A stretch of DNA of 53,874 nucleotides from Octopus bimaculoides. Lineage: Eukaryota. The stretch is taken from positions 162,043,656 to 162,097,529 of the forward strand of contig NC_068982.1 of the NCBI RefSeq assembly GCF_001194135.2. Direction: 5' to 3'. Of this stretch, positions 52,386 to 53,874 are shown piece after piece. The translations under genes were made by a program, and so were the position numbers. Numbering within the stretch: position 1 is the stretch's first letter; each line of letters starts with the position of its first letter. The notes below the pieces were generated by a model. It was given only the letters and a program-made list of their open reading frames with translations, had not been told where the DNA came from and did no database searches.

Positions 52386-52391
52386 TTGCAG

Positions 52392-52647
52392 TGTTCTTCA
52401 GATGTTACAGTTGTCATTGTTGACTATTCAGCTACATCTACATGGGACCTGAGTGTTCAGAAGGGTCAACAAGTAGAACTAATAGATGTTTGCCCTCCTG
52501 GACAGCCGGATTGGTGCCTTGTGCGTACATTACCTACTGAGGTGAAAGAGCCTTGTCAAGGTCTTGTTCCAATGTCTGCACTTAAACCGGTTCCAATTTT
52601 GAAAGTATCATCTGCTGCAGGGACGCGCACAAGTGCTGACTTAGATG
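52392..52647 (+). CDS. TRIO: Trio exon: first SH3 domain (CSSDVTVVIVDYSATSTWDLSVQKGQQVELIDVCPPGQPDWCLVRTLPTEVKEPCQGLVPMSALKPVPILKVSSAAGTRTSADLDG)
   Basis: Acceptor (ttta)n-ttgcag| and donor GATG|gtaagt; 256 nt, phase 0-1. SH3 motifs (DY..., PDWCLVR, GLVP) match Trio SH3-1 (TVVIHDF...ELTIRRGQTVEVL...PDWCLVRT...EGLVP). Confidence 0.95.
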
Positions 52648-52710
52648 GTAAGTTACTTTTGCTGGTTTTCTTTCTTTCCAACTAAATGTGTGTGCGTGTG
52701 TGCATGCATA

Positions 52711-52746
<36 letters not shown>

Positions 52747-52873
52747 GTAAAATGTCATTAACAGATACACAAACAATTCTTGTGGCATTAAAATTACAAA
52801 TGAAGATTTCATCCATAATTTGAAACATTTTCTCACCAGAGTTCTATGTTTAAGACATGAGGAATTATGTATA

Positions 52874-53700
52874 TTATTTACATTTGACGGATATTTGTCC
52901 TCGTCTTGTTATGAAGAAAAGAGAGGATGAAACCAATAAACTGTCCACAGTCTGTCTACCCTATGTGAAAGGCCTCTCCAAAAAGATACAAAAGATATGC
53001 GGCCCATATGACATCAGGACAGTATTCAAGAGTAATACAACACTTTGCAGATATCTCCTTCGAGTAAAACCACCAATAGAAGAGAATATGACCAAAGACT
53101 GCATGTACTCCATCTCATGCAGCTGTGGTAGGTTATACAAAGGTGAAACATGTCACCCCCTCAAAATAAGAGTAGACGAACATCGCAAAGCTGTGACATG
53201 AGGAGATATTGATAAATCGGGTATAGCTGATCATGTGTGGAAAAATGGAGACCACCTCCCCCTGTGAGATGAAGTTAAAATAATAGGCAGAGAACACCAC
53301 TGGAAAATATGAAAACTAAAAGAAGCAGCACATATGCTAGGACACAACAACCTCCTAAGCAGCCCAGTGCAGATATGAGTAGCATATGGGAACCGGTATT
53401 AAGGAAGGATAGGAAAATATTCGATTTATAAGCCCTAAAATTCACTCCATAATTGCCTGTGGGCATTTGGCATAGTGGTTAAGAGCGTGGGCTACTAATC
53501 CCAAGATTCCAAGTTTGATTCCAGGCAGTGACCTGAATAATAATAATGAAAACAACAACATCAAAAAATACCTTAGGAATGAGAACCCAGGTTCAAAATT
53601 TCAGCCAAAACATTGTGTTAACAACAAACAAGTTGAGGACAGATATCCGTCAAATGTAAATAATGAATTTTCTCACCATCTACTGATGGGACTTAATCAT
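52874..53700 (+). mobile_element. Penelope-like element 3' fragment: GIY-YIG endonuclease with inverted terminal segments
   Basis: VCLPYVKGLSKKIQKIC...DCMYSISCSCGRLYKGETCHPLKIRVDEHRKAV*GDIDKSGIADHVW shows the PLE GIY-YIG with a CxC...H...H pattern and in-frame stops. 52874-52910 is inverted relative to 53627-53663. Confidence 0.9.
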
Positions 53701-53874
53701 TTATGAATATATACATACATGTGTGTTTTTTCGTGTGTGTGTGTGTGTATGCATCAGCCAAACATGGTCAATGCTCCTGTACCAATGCCCACTGATTGGC
53801 TCCTGTACCAGTGCCATGCAAAAAGCAATTAGTAATAAAATTAATAATTAACAATTTTGCCGGGTAGCTCAGTA

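Noticed and set aside
53461-53530. Possible tRNA gene
   Set aside because: Has A/B-like boxes but no complete cloverleaf or acceptor stem. Treated as a tRNA-derived head within a mobile element.
53580-53700. Intact hammerhead ribozyme in the Penelope pLTR
   Set aside because: No CTGANGA core correctly paired with GAAAC is present in this copy.

Overview
AT-rich, microsatellite- and transposon-dense animal genomic DNA. The repeat families suggest an octopus or other coleoid cephalopod; this is my inference from remembered repeats and was not checked by search. The window lies inside one + strand gene, a Trio/Kalirin-family RhoGEF. Six coding exons join in frame across GT-AG introns. They encode the end of DH1, the whole PH1 domain, a Ser/Thr-rich linker and the first SH3 domain (3516-3593, 5113-5295, 7696-7797, 9229-9374, 10771-10900, 52392-52647). 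A 41.5-kb intron separates the linker exon from the SH3 exon. The best novel signal inside that intron is an apparent internal promoter (TATAAATA exactly 30 nt upstream of an Inr-like CCATTCT) followed by a short first exon. That exon encodes MLLFRLLHWKQKVRDKRAESYDGTDSNVL and ends at a phase-0 donor matching the SH3 exon, which predicts a GEF1-less isoform. The same intron holds a weaker candidate terminal exon for a GEF1-only form, a 619-bp fold-back with a 13-nt loop, a 157-bp hairpin and a 60-nt pre-miRNA-like hairpin. Mobile DNA includes many RTE LINE pieces, tRNA-derived SINEs, a decayed CR1/L2-like RT, a Buster/SPIN-like hAT with a perfect 8-bp TSD, MITEs, and a Penelope-like GIY-YIG fragment with inverted ends and an embedded tRNA-like head. 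There are four N gaps. Almost all ORFs in the supplied track are microsatellite, gap or transposon artefacts. All isoform and RNA-structure claims are predictions from sequence alone.
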